From IMG/VR virus record IMGVR_UViG_3300011008_000003: DNA of 64,000 bases; one strand, 5' to 3'. A program made the translations under genes and the position numbers. The notes under the pieces were generated by a model. The model saw only the letters and a list, made by a program, of their open reading frames with translations, was not told the origin of the DNA and did no database searches. How positions within the stretch are numbered: position 1 is the first letter of the stretch; the number at the start of each line of letters is the position of its first letter. Of this stretch, positions 12,425 to 22,866 are shown piece after piece. This DNA comes from a virus. Its lineage: Duplodnaviria; Heunggongvirae; Uroviricota; Caudoviricetes.

Positions 12425-12892
12425 TTATCGAGCTACAATAAACGTGGCCATTTCTGGATGTTTGCTGTCATACTTATCAGTTTCGAGCTTCACGTTACCT
12501 TCGGCAAGAACCATATACAGGTAATATGCACTTCCGCCGAAAGCTTCCTTCAGGTCGAGCCTGAATTCCTTGGCACCGACCTTATTTAGGAGTTCGAAGA
12601 ATTTCGGTCCTAGGTACTCAGTATTCCTGTCAACGAATTCAGTCATATCGACCGGCTTTCCAGCCTTGATATTTTCATAGTCATTGGAAACGAGGTCTAT
12701 CAATTCCCAACCGTAAGTGTCAGTCATTTCGTCCCACAAATCATCGCCTTCCGGTGTATTTCTAAGTTCCTGCCACCTGTCATACTGAGCCTTAACGGTA
12801 TCGACGAGGTTTTCATCGGTTTCGTTAAGCTTCTTGATAGAATATCCGGCATTTTCAAGTAAATTCAATGCATTTCTAACTTTTGGTTCCAT
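12425..12892 (-). CDS. late hypothetical protein, probable virion head component
   Basis: TATAAATA at 12911-12918; N-terminal ALNLLENAGYSIKKLNE motif. Confidence 0.5.
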   Translation of the reverse strand: MEPKVRNALNLLENAGYSIKKLNETDENLVDTVKAQYDRWQELRNTPEGDDLWDEMTDTYGWELIDLVSNDYENIKAGKPVDMTEFVDRNTEYLGPKFFELLNKVGAKEFRLDLKEAFGGSAYYLYMVLAEGNVKLETDKYDSKHPEMATFIVAR

Positions 12893-13097
12893 AGCAAATT
12901 CCTTTTTTATTATTTATAGTTCCGCATTGTCAATAATCCACTGCTTATTGAAATCGTCGGCTATATTATCAATCCAGTATTTCAGGGCGTTTGCAAATTC
13001 CTGGGATTCATGATCAGGATTTACGGAATCTGCATACGCTACCATGGCCGACACCGAATCGAGTGCGTGCTTATGTTGCTTTTCCCAAGGGCTCATT

Positions 13098-13973
13098 TTA
13101 TCTGTTCTTTATGAAATCGAGAACGTCCTTTTTGACTGTCTCGTAGTATTCTTCCCAAATCTGGATAACGAGCTTGATATTATCGCTAGATACGTTGTCC
13201 ATCTTCAGTTTCTTATTGTATTTCGGGCAGGCGCTAAATACATACTGGTCGCCGAGAATAGCCTTTGCCTCGTAAATCGGAGACTTGCTGGCTCTTGCTG
13301 CCCAGTCGGAAATGATGTATTCTGCCCATCCCAATAAAGTCTTGTTTCCTTTTTCAGTATTCGGCGTATCGAGTCCGGTTCCGAAATCGAGAATCTTAAT
13401 ATCCCTATGACCCTGCTTGAACTGGCCCGCGAGGAGAACATCGGTACAACTGTTAGCCCACATGCCGCCGTCACAATAGGAATGACCTTCCTTGTCGACG
13501 ATTACATCGAAATACGTCGGGGCGGAACAGCTCGTAAGTATTGCGAACCACTTATCGACATCCTTATCTCCAAGGTCCCAAACCTTTTCTACAGAATCGC
13601 CGTTCATAAACGTTACAGGAATGAAAATCGGCTTTTTCCAGTCTGAAATCGTACCGTTGAACTTCGACTTAAGAATAGACTTCAAATTCGAGTTGTCATA
13701 GGTCGGGCAAGTCGGCTTGAGCCTCTTGTACCAGGAATACTTCGTGAAAATCTTCTTAAGGTTGCTATTGTAAAGTTCGAACAAGTCATGTGCGGAATAT
13801 CCTTCAGCCATACCGCCAGCGATAATAGAACCAGTGCTAGTACCAGCGAAAGCCGAAGTCAAATCACAAAGTTTCTTTCCGAGATCCTGTTCAAGTCGGC
13901 ACATAAATGCGAGCGGTCCAATTCCGAGACATCCACCACCGGTTACACTAATACAAAGCTGTTTCTTTCCCAT
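13098..13973 (-). CDS. patatin-like phospholipase
   Basis: GGGCLG oxyanion loop, GTSTG nucleophile, SAPTYF, DGG; late promoter TATAAATA at 13998-14005. Confidence 0.92.
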   Translation of the reverse strand: MGKKQLCISVTGGGCLGIGPLAFMCRLEQDLGKKLCDLTSAFAGTSTGSIIAGGMAEGYSAHDLFELYNSNLKKIFTKYSWYKRLKPTCPTYDNSNLKSILKSKFNGTISDWKKPIFIPVTFMNGDSVEKVWDLGDKDVDKWFAILTSCSAPTYFDVIVDKEGHSYCDGGMWANSCTDVLLAGQFKQGHRDIKILDFGTGLDTPNTEKGNKTLLGWAEYIISDWAARASKSPIYEAKAILGDQYVFSACPKYNKKLKMDNVSSDNIKLVIQIWEEYYETVKKDVLDFIKNR

Positions 13974-14038
13974 AATTTCTCCTAAAATACTTTACATTAT
14001 TTATAAGTATTTCAGAAGATGAGAAATTACAATGCCTG

Positions 14039-14608
14039 TTATAACTGGGATAACTTTATACTCTTCAGACCGTAGTCCCTCTTAAGGTTTGGATCAATGT
14101 AATCGCTAAGATAAGTACAAATAGAATAAATTATATCTACTTGGCGTTCAGTAAACATAAACTTATCATTGATTACCTTATCACACCACCACAATAACTG
14201 ATTTCCATTTTCTTCAGAAGTAGCAGCCCAATCTGTACACATTTCATAAAGGAATGTATCGTTCATTTCCGTACAATTTATTCCAGTAGACTTATAATCA
14301 CCCGCACCCCAGTATTCGCAATGATGCGGATTAGATTTAATGTGTTCCATAACTACATTATTAATTTGCTGTTTTTCTTCTTGAGTAAGCTGTCTATCTC
14401 CGCAATATCTCAGGGATTGCCTTACAAGATTATCGTATTTAAGCTTATCCAAATCATGTTTCATTACCCGCTCAATATCAACATCTTCCAATGGAATTTT
14501 TTTATTTTCGACCAGGATATTGTAAAAATATTTCACTCTATCAATATGATCTTGTATTCGTTTCCTGCAAGTAACCAACAAATTGTCATTGACACTTTCT
14601 ATAGTCAT
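14039..14608 (-). CDS. DUF5662-like HD-fold protein
   Basis: H..RV...HDLDK...H...NPHH.EYW...EM..DW pattern. Confidence 0.7.
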   Translation of the reverse strand: MTIESVNDNLLVTCRKRIQDHIDRVKYFYNILVENKKIPLEDVDIERVMKHDLDKLKYDNLVRQSLRYCGDRQLTQEEKQQINNVVMEHIKSNPHHCEYWGAGDYKSTGINCTEMNDTFLYEMCTDWAATSEENGNQLLWWCDKVINDKFMFTERQVDIIYSICTYLSDYIDPNLKRDYGLKSIKLSQL

Positions 14609-15066
14609 AACATGCCCATCAATGCACCTTCGTTTTCGATGTCTTTGACACGCTTTACCATGTCGTATGTCAAAGTATTTAATTTCTTTTCTTTATAATC
14701 TAAAATCGCCGAATAATTATCTTTGAAAAACCGTATATGGTCATTGATAAACCAATATAATTTACTCAAATGCTCCATACAAAACCAGTCGTAAAATTCA
14801 TCTTTAGTTACGCTGAACTGGAACATAAGAAAGGCTGTATTAAAATAATCGTCTGGAACATCTGTCATGAAAACTTCGGCAGTTAAATACTCTCGTTCTA
14901 CTGTCCATAAGATTCTAAAATCATTGAATTTAAATAATATACAGTTATTTACGTCATTGTTATGACTATATGAATAATCAATCCAATGTCGGTCAGCATA
15001 TTCCGGTAAGATTCTATGTAAAATACGAGACTGCCAATCGCTTAGCATTTTAATTTCATGACTCAT
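14605..15066 (-). CDS. hypothetical, paralog of 18022..18522; tail-family-like
   Basis: FNTAFLMFQF...EFYDWF vs FRNSVLMYQF...EFFAWL; ends ENEGALMGML. Confidence 0.55.
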   Translation of the reverse strand: MSHEIKMLSDWQSRILHRILPEYADRHWIDYSYSHNNDVNNCILFKFNDFRILWTVEREYLTAEVFMTDVPDDYFNTAFLMFQFSVTKDEFYDWFCMEHLSKLYWFINDHIRFFKDNYSAILDYKEKKLNTLTYDMVKRVKDIENEGALMGML

Positions 15067-15443
15067 AGATTATCAATCTCCATTTCCGTTCTGATATTTT
15101 CCAGGTAATAATTTACTTTATCAACGAATAATTCAATACTTCCGCAATCGCTAAATTTGACTTCCTTATCTTTATAATGAAAAATCGGATTATTCGACGC
15201 AAAAATATACGAATTCGCAAATTTGCTATTCGGATTTCTATAAGCTCGTTCCGGTAAATTTTTATACTTACGTCTAATATCGGTAAGTAATTTTCCTAAG
15301 AAAACAATATCTTTCGAATAAGGCGAACCGATAAAGAGTAGACGTTCCGGACTTACTTCGAGACAATTGTAACGTACTTTAGAAAATAACCGGGATTCAT
15401 ACCGGATATACGGAATATCTACTAACGGGACAAATTTTTTCAC
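15063..15443 (-). CDS. C-terminal-tail family protein
   Basis: ends RTEMEIDNL*. Confidence 0.65.
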   Translation of the reverse strand: MKKFVPLVDIPYIRYESRLFSKVRYNCLEVSPERLLFIGSPYSKDIVFLGKLLTDIRRKYKNLPERAYRNPNSKFANSYIFASNNPIFHYKDKEVKFSDCGSIELFVDKVNYYLENIRTEMEIDNL

Positions 15444-17607
15444 TTTGTCTTTTCCTGCGAAGCCGATTTAAGGCTACGTTCTGTCTTATCCTTAAGTTCT
15501 TCTACATATTTCGGATAACGCCTTTCAAAATCGTCGTCCGGTTCCCAAAGGTCATTCATATTACCGAAATCGTCACGGATGAACATGGCTATTGTATTAC
15601 GATGGTCTTCTTCCATAGACGGGCTGTCCTCTACGTTACAGCACGGAAAAGCTTCGACTTCGCCATGTACATTATTGATAAGATCCTTGAACTTGAATTC
15701 GATATTACCGTGCACATAGTTAATCTTGAAACCTGTAACCTTGAACTGCTTCTTGTTCTCCAGCATATCCTCGTACAGGTTCTTAAAACCCAAAAGACAA
15801 GTCTGGGCATATTTCATATATCTCTTACGAACCTCGGTGGCGTGCTTTTCGCAGACCATTCGCATGTCCTTTAAAATCGCTTTCTGCTTATCCGACATCT
15901 TAGCCATTCTTCTTTTTCCTTTTCTGTACGATTAACGGTTTAAATTCTTCAGGCAATATATTTTTACTGCTGAGTATTTTAAACATACCATTAAAATTTT
16001 TCAAAACACTGCTCTTGATTTCATCTAGTTTTACAGGAATAAGATGATCCAATTCACTAGGTTCAAATAATTGCGATATTTCTTGATAAACCATAATAGA
16101 ATCGCAGAGAGATTTGCATTCCCATAAATCCATAGAAAGATTAAACATCGTTAACTTTCTATAAACTGTACCGTCTGAATATGCTTTATATCCATTGTCC
16201 TTTATTACGTAATAATAATTAGTACAATTTTTATCCACCGATGTTCCATCTACGGTTTTATACCATTTGCCTGCAAAAGACTTGGTATCGTCAGGTAGAT
16301 CTGCGGACTTTTCCAGCTGTTTAAGCCGAGCTTTTAGATTGCTTACTTCTGTAGTTTTTTCAGCAAGAGATTTCTGGGCATCTGCTAATATTTTCTTAGT
16401 CTCAGCAATCTGCTTGGAAACATCGTCTATCAAAATCGATTCTTTTTTCTTCTTAGCCATATTACTTCTTCTTTGTCAACAGTTTATCCAAGTCTTCTCT
16501 AATATTCGAGTTTTTCTGTGTTTCAATACCTTCAAATTCAGAATAGACGACAGTATTCCCAGGATTTACATCTCCGCCCTGAGCTTCGTTATGTTCAAAC
16601 TCTTTTTTAAATTCTTTAAGAATTTTCTTCGCTGCTTCCAGCCTAGGAATATAGACGCCAACTTCATACCAGCCGTCATAAGTACAGACTCGTGGCTTAT
16701 TATTATCTGACATCCAACTTTTATTCCAGCTATCGTAACCCAAACGTAAATGACGCTCCATGTTATAGGTAACACGACGCCATTTCGGATGCCACAAATT
16801 CCAAATCGACGGCTTGTCAACACGGTATTCAACTACATAGAAATCCTCTTTTAAGAATTCCGTCTGAATATTTCCATCGTATGTACTAGAATTAACAGGA
16901 CATTTTCCGATTTTTACAATTCTATAGTCTGGCATTTAGAAACCGTATTCCTTTTTGTCACCTACAGGATATTTCTGACCGGTGAAATCTTCATATTCTT
17001 TCCTGACAGCTTCGAACTGCTTGATAGACTGTTTCAGGTACTTCCTGAATCGCTCTACGGAGCCAGTAGAATGAAATCTTCCACCTGGCTCGATATAGTT
17101 GCTATCTTTACCGTCGGAGGTCTTCTCGTGCACAAAATAAGGGTTTTCGTTGAGTATAATCATAGTACGACCCTTATCGGACTTGTAGATAGAAACGACA
17201 GGCCAGTAGTTAGCCGAAGCCTGGTCGATACCGTAATCCTTATAATCCCAGAAAACCTCGTCGTCTCCGATATTACCGAAAGCGCCGCGATAGTCGCGTT
17301 CCTTCTCGTTGTTATAATCGAACAGATTATCGCGAACAAGGCCGAAACCTTCGCAAATATCTTCTACCCATGCAATATTAATCGGTGTAAATGTATTCTT
17401 CATTTTCCTAAAACTCTCGTCTTCAATCCAATAATCCGGTTCAAATCCGCCGCCGCAGTCTCTTTCCTGCTTGGCTTTGTAAATTGCCTGATCCAGGCAA
17501 GGACCAGAGCAAAATGTGAAATCGTCATCTTCTCTATGATAGCCACGACTCTTGTGAAACCATTTACCGCAGCAGTTACAAATGTAATAATTCCTGATAT
17601 GACCCAT
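15440..17607 (-). other. four hypothetical genes (15440-15907, 15900-16460, 16462-16935, 16936-17607)
   Basis: Coupled ORFs; last has N-terminal CxxC...C-x3-C putative Zn site. Confidence 0.65.
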
Positions 17608-17610
17608 ATC

Positions 17611-17970
17611 TTATCCGTGTCTGATATTTCCGCACATAGTGGAAACGTTACCTTCAACGTCGCCACCGATTTCGATGTTTCCAGCCATCGCCTTGACATT
17701 ACCCTCGACGTCACCATGAATTTCAATATCGCCCGCGGAAGAAGTAACGTCGCCTTCGACATCGCCTTCAATTCTTACGTTATTGACATTCTTGACCGTA
17801 CCGCAGTCACCCTGGACAACGATAGTAATAGTCTTGCCAGTACAGTTAAAAGTCTTACTTCCTGCAGTAATCGTGTTTCCGTCATAACGAATATCGGAAG
17901 CATTCACTTCTTCACCGTCGATTGTTACATGGGCGTCGCCGTTAAGTCCACTAAGAATATTATCTGACAT
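17611..17970 (-). CDS. beta-helix repeat (bactofilin/DUF4097-like) protein
   Basis: Repeats of I.GDVEG.V...G.I; start reassigned to MSDNIL after RBS. Confidence 0.6.
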   Translation of the reverse strand: MSDNILSGLNGDAHVTIDGEEVNASDIRYDGNTITAGSKTFNCTGKTITIVVQGDCGTVKNVNNVRIEGDVEGDVTSSAGDIEIHGDVEGNVKAMAGNIEIGGDVEGNVSTMCGNIRHG

Positions 17971-17989
17971 AGTTTCCTCTTTTTTATAC

Positions 17990-18022
17990 AATATAGAAAA
18001 GGATTGACTCTTCGTCAACCCT
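17990..18022 (-). promoter_or_regulatory. composite terminator/early promoter
   Basis: AGGGTTGACGAAGAGTCAATCCTTTTCTATATT: TTGACG-17-TATATT with hairpin plus T-tract in spacer. Confidence 0.8.
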
Positions 18023-18522
18023 TAAATAGCAAGTAATTCTACTTCTGTTTGTAAATCTCTTCGCCATTGATGATATTCATACGGTATGGTGTCCATTTCG
18101 TGGTTCGGTATTCCCATTGAATTATGGATTGCATCCTTCGTAATGTACGGTTCCCACTTTTGAAAATATGGAATAAATTTCAACGTCAAGTCGATAGTTT
18201 CTTTCAGCTTGTCATTTGTGAGCCAGGCAAAAAACTCCGTATCTTTATATTCAAACTGATACATTAAAACAGAATTTCTGAAAGTCTTATGTTTGACTGC
18301 ATAATCAGGCTCAACATAGTATGCACGAATATCGATTGCGTTTCTGTCTACTCTCCACTTGAAATTAATCTCGAAACATGGTCCAAGGATTTCGACAGTA
18401 TCGCTTGCTGCAGACGGATAAACACGCATATGGCTCATATAGTAAGTATTACCATAAACAGCCATAAACGTATCTTTTATACGATGTGCAAATTCTGAAA
18501 AATCAAAATAAGACATAGACAT
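18022..18522 (-). CDS. hypothetical, paralog of 14605..15066; tail-family-like
   Basis: ends LQTEVELLAI*. Confidence 0.55.
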   Translation of the reverse strand: MSMSYFDFSEFAHRIKDTFMAVYGNTYYMSHMRVYPSAASDTVEILGPCFEINFKWRVDRNAIDIRAYYVEPDYAVKHKTFRNSVLMYQFEYKDTEFFAWLTNDKLKETIDLTLKFIPYFQKWEPYITKDAIHNSMGIPNHEMDTIPYEYHQWRRDLQTEVELLAI

Positions 18523-19631
18523 TAACAGACATAGCCTTCTGCGAATTTTCCAGTAACATTATCCTTAAGGATTTTCGGAATAATGCAACCGGCCTTGGTT
18601 ATAATAACTTCATGTCCGATTTCAAGACCGAGAGCCTCGATACATGCGACATTGGCGAGGCTTGCACGCTTAACGGTAGTTCCGCAAAGTTCGCAAGGTT
18701 CGCAGATTGCGACCGGAGTAAGAGTTCCATTCCTGAGAGACCATTCAATATTGATAACTTTAGTCGTGGCAAGTTCATACTTCGGCTTCAAAGCAATGGA
18801 ATACTCAGGAAGATAATTAGTTTCCAAGTCTTCATAATCGATGTCAGAAGTCTTCCATACGATACCGTCAATATCGTAATCTCGATCCTGCTTCCAGACC
18901 TGCTCCATAAGGTCGATAGCCTTCTGACCGTTCATGGACTTAAGGTCATAAATCGTGTACTCGACAACATCGAAACCCTGTGACTTCATCCAGTCGAGCA
19001 TATCGACCTGAGTGGCGAAACGGGCATAACGATTACGGGCTTCATAAACCTTGACATTGAGCTTATCGCAGTCGGCGCCGTCGAGATGCTTCATAATACC
19101 AGAAGCTGCATTTCGACAATTCTTATACTGAGGGAAATACTGTTCACGGACAGAACGGTAAAGAAGGATTTCACCGCGAATAGTTCCAGTATACTCATCC
19201 TTGAGCTTCTTCGGAACATTTCGCATACGCTTGACGTTTTCGGTAATATCGTCACCGGTTTCACCGTCACCGCGAGTAATTGCCTGAACGAACTTACCAT
19301 TTTCATATTCAAGGGCGATAGAACAACCATCGAGCTTCAACGGGGCGACAACGTATTCATGACCAGCCATTCGACACTTGTTGAACCATGTGTCCATTTC
19401 AGGAGCCGTATTGGCCTTATTCTGAGAACCCATGATAATCGAGTGCTTTGCCTTGGCAAAACCGTCGGTATGATCCGAACCGACAACCTTGAGAAGTTCG
19501 GAATCCGGATATTTGGTTTTCAGTTCGTCCCAGAGTGCATCGAATTCGATGTCGCTCATGATAGGAGAGTCAGAGTTATAATAGGCATCCTGTGCCTGAC
19601 GGAGTTTTGCTTCAAGTTCGTTCTTATTCAT
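18522..19631 (-). CDS. ligA: NAD+-dependent DNA ligase, Ia + adenylation + OB domains only
   Basis: AYYN...SD.EFD, KLDG adenylation motif, TRGDGETGDDIT, RGE, RNAASG, DGIV, TPVA...GTTVKRASL, KAG.IIP; ends with no Zn-finger/HhH/BRCT. Confidence 0.9.
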   Translation of the reverse strand: MNKNELEAKLRQAQDAYYNSDSPIMSDIEFDALWDELKTKYPDSELLKVVGSDHTDGFAKAKHSIIMGSQNKANTAPEMDTWFNKCRMAGHEYVVAPLKLDGCSIALEYENGKFVQAITRGDGETGDDITENVKRMRNVPKKLKDEYTGTIRGEILLYRSVREQYFPQYKNCRNAASGIMKHLDGADCDKLNVKVYEARNRYARFATQVDMLDWMKSQGFDVVEYTIYDLKSMNGQKAIDLMEQVWKQDRDYDIDGIVWKTSDIDYEDLETNYLPEYSIALKPKYELATTKVINIEWSLRNGTLTPVAICEPCELCGTTVKRASLANVACIEALGLEIGHEVIITKAGCIIPKILKDNVTGKFAEGYVC

Positions 19632-19637
19632 GTCATT

Positions 19638-19673
19638 AATATAGCAAAAACTAGAGGACTTGTCAACCCTCTA
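19638..19673 (-). promoter_or_regulatory. composite terminator/early promoter, leaderless
   Basis: TTGACA-17-TATATT-6 nt-ATG(19631); hairpin plus TTTTT in spacer. Confidence 0.8.
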
Positions 19674-19890
19674 AATCAGAAATAGCCCCAACAGATTCGC
19701 AATAATTCAGAGTAGCGGCGTCAAAAGCTCGCATCTTAGTTCCGTTGATTTCTATTTCCGCATTTTCATCAATAAAAAATTTCCTGCCTTGCGAATCCAG
19801 TGCTGCATACAATCCCAAGTTGTAAAGAATATCAGTTATTGTAGCTTCTCTACCATAAATCGTAATTTTAACATTTGTCTTTGTAGTCAT
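19663..19890 (-). CDS. C-terminal-tail family protein
   Basis: EINGTKM...VGAISDLEG*. Confidence 0.7.
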   Translation of the reverse strand: MTTKTNVKITIYGREATITDILYNLGLYAALDSQGRKFFIDENAEIEINGTKMRAFDAATLNYCESVGAISDLEG

Positions 19891-19894
19891 ATCT

Positions 19895-20137
19895 TTATCC
19901 ATCAAGTGCATCCAGTATATTCAATGTTCTACAGGACTGAATAAAAGCGTTCACATCGCCTTTGTTATCCATCCTGTAATCTATACCTTCCAATTCGATA
20001 ACCATATCCAGTGTAGGCAATATAATCGTATCGTCACACTCGATATAAGTAATGACTTCCAAATCTTCGTAATTATTACTGCTCGTAGAAATCTTAACTA
20101 CGTTATATTCTTCACCGTCTATCTTTATCCTAGCCAT
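19895..20137 (-). CDS. C-terminal-tail family protein
   Basis: LEGIDYRM...LNILDALDG*. Confidence 0.7.
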   Translation of the reverse strand: MARIKIDGEEYNVVKISTSSNNYEDLEVITYIECDDTIILPTLDMVIELEGIDYRMDNKGDVNAFIQSCRTLNILDALDG

Positions 20138-20405
20138 TTAAATTATCCAATGCAAGTTCTGTCATAATATTATTATAAAATAAATCTAATTCGCCGGATT
20201 TCTTAAAATCATACATTTTACCGTTATATTTGACATACCGAATATACATCGGGCTAAGCGAATAACGATTTAATGTCGTTGTTCCAGACTTCGATGCCCA
20301 TAAATATACACCATATATCCTATATTCGTTTTTCCAGGGCTCACAAGAACGTACATAGTAAGTATGGTTTTTTCCGTCTATTTTAAACCTTACCGATGTA
20401 CTCAT
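20130..20405 (-). CDS. C-terminal-tail family protein
   Basis: YNGKMYDF...TELALDNLNG*. Confidence 0.75.
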   Translation of the reverse strand: MSTSVRFKIDGKNHTYYVRSCEPWKNEYRIYGVYLWASKSGTTTLNRYSLSPMYIRYVKYNGKMYDFKKSGELDLFYNNIMTELALDNLNG

Positions 20406-20722
20406 AATTTTTCCAGTGCAAGCTCTGTCTCAATCGCGTTATAGAACATCTCGGCGTCATGTTCTTTCTTAAAATCATATGTTCTTCCGTTATACTTAAC
20501 TTCAGTAATGTCGCCGTAATCATTTATCCATGCTTGTCTAATTCCTGGAGGATCCGACTTTCCATCCCATATTGGTTTCGGATAAATACGTTTAACATTC
20601 AAACACACACCAAAAATTCTTTCAGGTCTGCCTCCGCCACCTTCGACAGAAGATGAACAGTCGAATACCTGATACAGTTTCGGAATCTTTTCGTATTTTG
20701 TTCTGAACATTACCTTAATCAT
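20402..20722 (-). CDS. C-terminal-tail family protein
   Basis: YNGRTYDF...TELALEKL*. Confidence 0.75.
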   Translation of the reverse strand: MIKVMFRTKYEKIPKLYQVFDCSSSVEGGGGRPERIFGVCLNVKRIYPKPIWDGKSDPPGIRQAWINDYGDITEVKYNGRTYDFKKEHDAEMFYNAIETELALEKL

Positions 20723-21066
20723 AAACACTCCAAAGCCAAATCAGTCGAAAGTTTCTGATACAGGACTTCAACTTCTGTCTCATTGCACATATTGTATTGC
20801 TTGCCCTGATAGATAAGCTTATTTGCCGGCATTCCTACGCAGACCCAAATATCTTCAATCAACGGCTGAATTATTGTATTACATGTTCCCCAGACTTTTT
20901 CTGATTTTTTATGAGATGGCGGCGGAGTAAATTTTGTCTTAACCAATGCTCTAACCTTTAAGTTAACTCCTTCCAAAACATCTCTTTGTGCAGTAAATGA
21001 AAAACGTCTAATCGTATTACAGCGTAAAACTTGATAATCAGCATGATTTATTGTTACTCGTATCAT
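20719..21066 (-). CDS. C-terminal-tail family protein
   Basis: YQGKQYNM...TDLALECL*. Confidence 0.75.
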   Translation of the reverse strand: MIRVTINHADYQVLRCNTIRRFSFTAQRDVLEGVNLKVRALVKTKFTPPPSHKKSEKVWGTCNTIIQPLIEDIWVCVGMPANKLIYQGKQYNMCNETEVEVLYQKLSTDLALECL

Positions 21067-21335
21067 TTCAAATCCTCCAATGCGACTAATGTATTGAATG
21101 TCTGAATAAACGCATCAACGTCATAGGCAGAATCCATATGGTAAACCTTTCCGTTCATTTCTATCTTTTGACTCGGGGTAATTACAATAAAACCAAATGT
21201 CCCACGTTTGGTAGCATAAACTATAGAATTAATTTTGTTTGACGGACAATTTTCAATATCAGAGAAAAAACTTTCATCCGACATATTAATACTTTTAGCA
21301 TTATATACTATATCATAAATTTTAATCGGTATCAT
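21063..21335 (-). CDS. C-terminal-tail family protein
   Basis: MNGKVYHM...TLVALEDLK*. Confidence 0.75.
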   Translation of the reverse strand: MIPIKIYDIVYNAKSINMSDESFFSDIENCPSNKINSIVYATKRGTFGFIVITPSQKIEMNGKVYHMDSAYDVDAFIQTFNTLVALEDLK

Positions 21336-21592
21336 ATCTGGTCCAACAAGTACAAAAGTTTACAATGTTCTTCAAATTTAATATTATCCCATTCATCGGC
21401 TATATTATATTCGACATTATCCATTTTTATAACGGATTTTTCAATGCCAAGCAAATGAGTAGAGTCAGCTGTTTCGCTCACTTTATAAACTATGCCTGTT
21501 ACATGCTTTCCGTTAAACGACTTAAGCAATTTCGTAACATAGACAGTTCTCCAGAAGTTATCCTTATTCCGTTTCAGTTCCATTTTAATCAT
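21332..21592 (-). CDS. C-terminal-tail family protein
   Basis: MDNVEYNI...LYLLDQI*. Confidence 0.7.
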   Translation of the reverse strand: MIKMELKRNKDNFWRTVYVTKLLKSFNGKHVTGIVYKVSETADSTHLLGIEKSVIKMDNVEYNIADEWDNIKFEEHCKLLYLLDQI

Positions 21593-21825
21593 AGACTATC
21601 CAGTGCCTGTACTGTCAAAAACGTGTTTTCAAACATCTCATTTTCTGCGATATTAGCGACTCTGAACTTATAACCGTTAAATTCTACACAAGAATACTCA
21701 TTGAAACAATAAATAGAATCATCATACAGCAATACTCCGTCAACAGACTTACTGTTGAACCCTTTCAGTATCATCTTTACAAACATAAAGACTCCATCGA
21801 TTTTCATAGAGTAGAACTTATTCAT
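21589..21825 (-). CDS. C-terminal-tail family protein
   Basis: FNGYKFRV...TVQALDSL*. Confidence 0.75.
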   Translation of the reverse strand: MNKFYSMKIDGVFMFVKMILKGFNSKSVDGVLLYDDSIYCFNEYSCVEFNGYKFRVANIAENEMFENTFLTVQALDSL

Positions 21826-22097
21826 CCCGCCAACTCCTCAATCGACTGAATTGTATCAAATGCCTGTTGAAGTTCTTCCTCGTCGGCAGGCATTTCAACA
21901 CCGTTAATCTTTACTTTATAAACGCCCCGTAAAGAAATCTTTGTTTCTTGTCCTTTATGATTCAATACGCAAATACTCGTAACCATATCATAGATACTGG
22001 TGCGAATATACCCAGTCGCCTTGACATTAAGCTCGTATGTATGCTTTTCATCATTAGACCGATAAATTATTGTCATCGGAATCGGATTAGAAATCAT
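21822..22097 (-). CDS. C-terminal-tail family protein
   Basis: INGVEM...TIQSIEELAG*. Confidence 0.75.
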   Translation of the reverse strand: MISNPIPMTIIYRSNDEKHTYELNVKATGYIRTSIYDMVTSICVLNHKGQETKISLRGVYKVKINGVEMPADEEELQQAFDTIQSIEELAG

Positions 22098-22483
22098 ATC
22101 AATGCCCTTTCTATTTCAATTTCATTAATTTGCGAATCTAGCCAAAGTCGAGACTTCATATAATCATTGCCGAATTTCTTGTACAGGTCATATGCAAGGA
22201 TTGCCATCTCAGAATGTATAGGCGCTTTAAAATACGGATCCGAAAATGTTTTCGGCATTATGCCAGTATTCCATATTTCTTCCAATACATGTGCATAAAA
22301 TTCATTACAGCGATAATCGCTAATACAAAACTGTGCGGCAGTATTTGAAAGTACGTTCATACTAGGATCGTTATACTTATACTCGTGTCCCTGTTTCTTT
22401 TCTATTTCCAGAATATGAGCATAATAAGTATATCTTGCAAGTTGAACGACATAACGGCGAAGATCTTCTGATATTGGGTCCAT
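22094..22483 (-). CDS. C-terminal-tail family protein (different N-terminal region)
   Basis: ends NEIEIERALI*; leaderless ATG 6 nt after -10. Confidence 0.6.
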   Translation of the reverse strand: MDPISEDLRRYVVQLARYTYYAHILEIEKKQGHEYKYNDPSMNVLSNTAAQFCISDYRCNEFYAHVLEEIWNTGIMPKTFSDPYFKAPIHSEMAILAYDLYKKFGNDYMKSRLWLDSQINEIEIERALI

Positions 22484-22489
22484 ATTCAC

Positions 22490-22523
22490 AATATAGAAAA
22501 AGGGATGACTTTCGTCAACCCTT
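22490..22523 (-). promoter_or_regulatory. composite terminator/early promoter, leaderless
   Basis: AGGGTTGACGAAAGTCATCCCTTTTTCTATATT-6 nt-ATG. Confidence 0.85.
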
Positions 22524-22866
22524 ATTTAAGTCTGTCTATTTCCTTAAGTTCATTAAACAACTGACCAAATGCGACTTGTTCATCATGGTTCCACAATCTG
22601 AACGTATGCCCGCCAAGTTCGACGACTTCTGTACGAGTTAACGGAACAAATGTCATCTGCAGTTTAGATTTACGGTTTGCACCGTATACCTTATCCTTCC
22701 GGTTTCTACTTTGAGGCGCCGGAGTATATGTAAATGGTCTTAGGAAATAAATTCCGCCAATCTGATTATAAACCCGCTGAGTAGGCCATTCAAATATTAT
22801 TTGCTTTGACCAATAGACTTTTTCAACATTATTATAAACTAGATTGTTGATTTTTACACTTACCAT
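22522..22866 (-). CDS. C-terminal-tail family protein
   Basis: LGGHTFRL...ELKEIDRLK*. Confidence 0.7.
   Translation of the reverse strand: MVSVKINNLVYNNVEKVYWSKQIIFEWPTQRVYNQIGGIYFLRPFTYTPAPQSRNRKDKVYGANRKSKLQMTFVPLTRTEVVELGGHTFRLWNHDEQVAFGQLFNELKEIDRLK

Noticed and set aside
13098-13973. CBASS defence operon
   Set aside because: Patatin is alone; no CD-NTase or Cap2/Cap3 neighbours.
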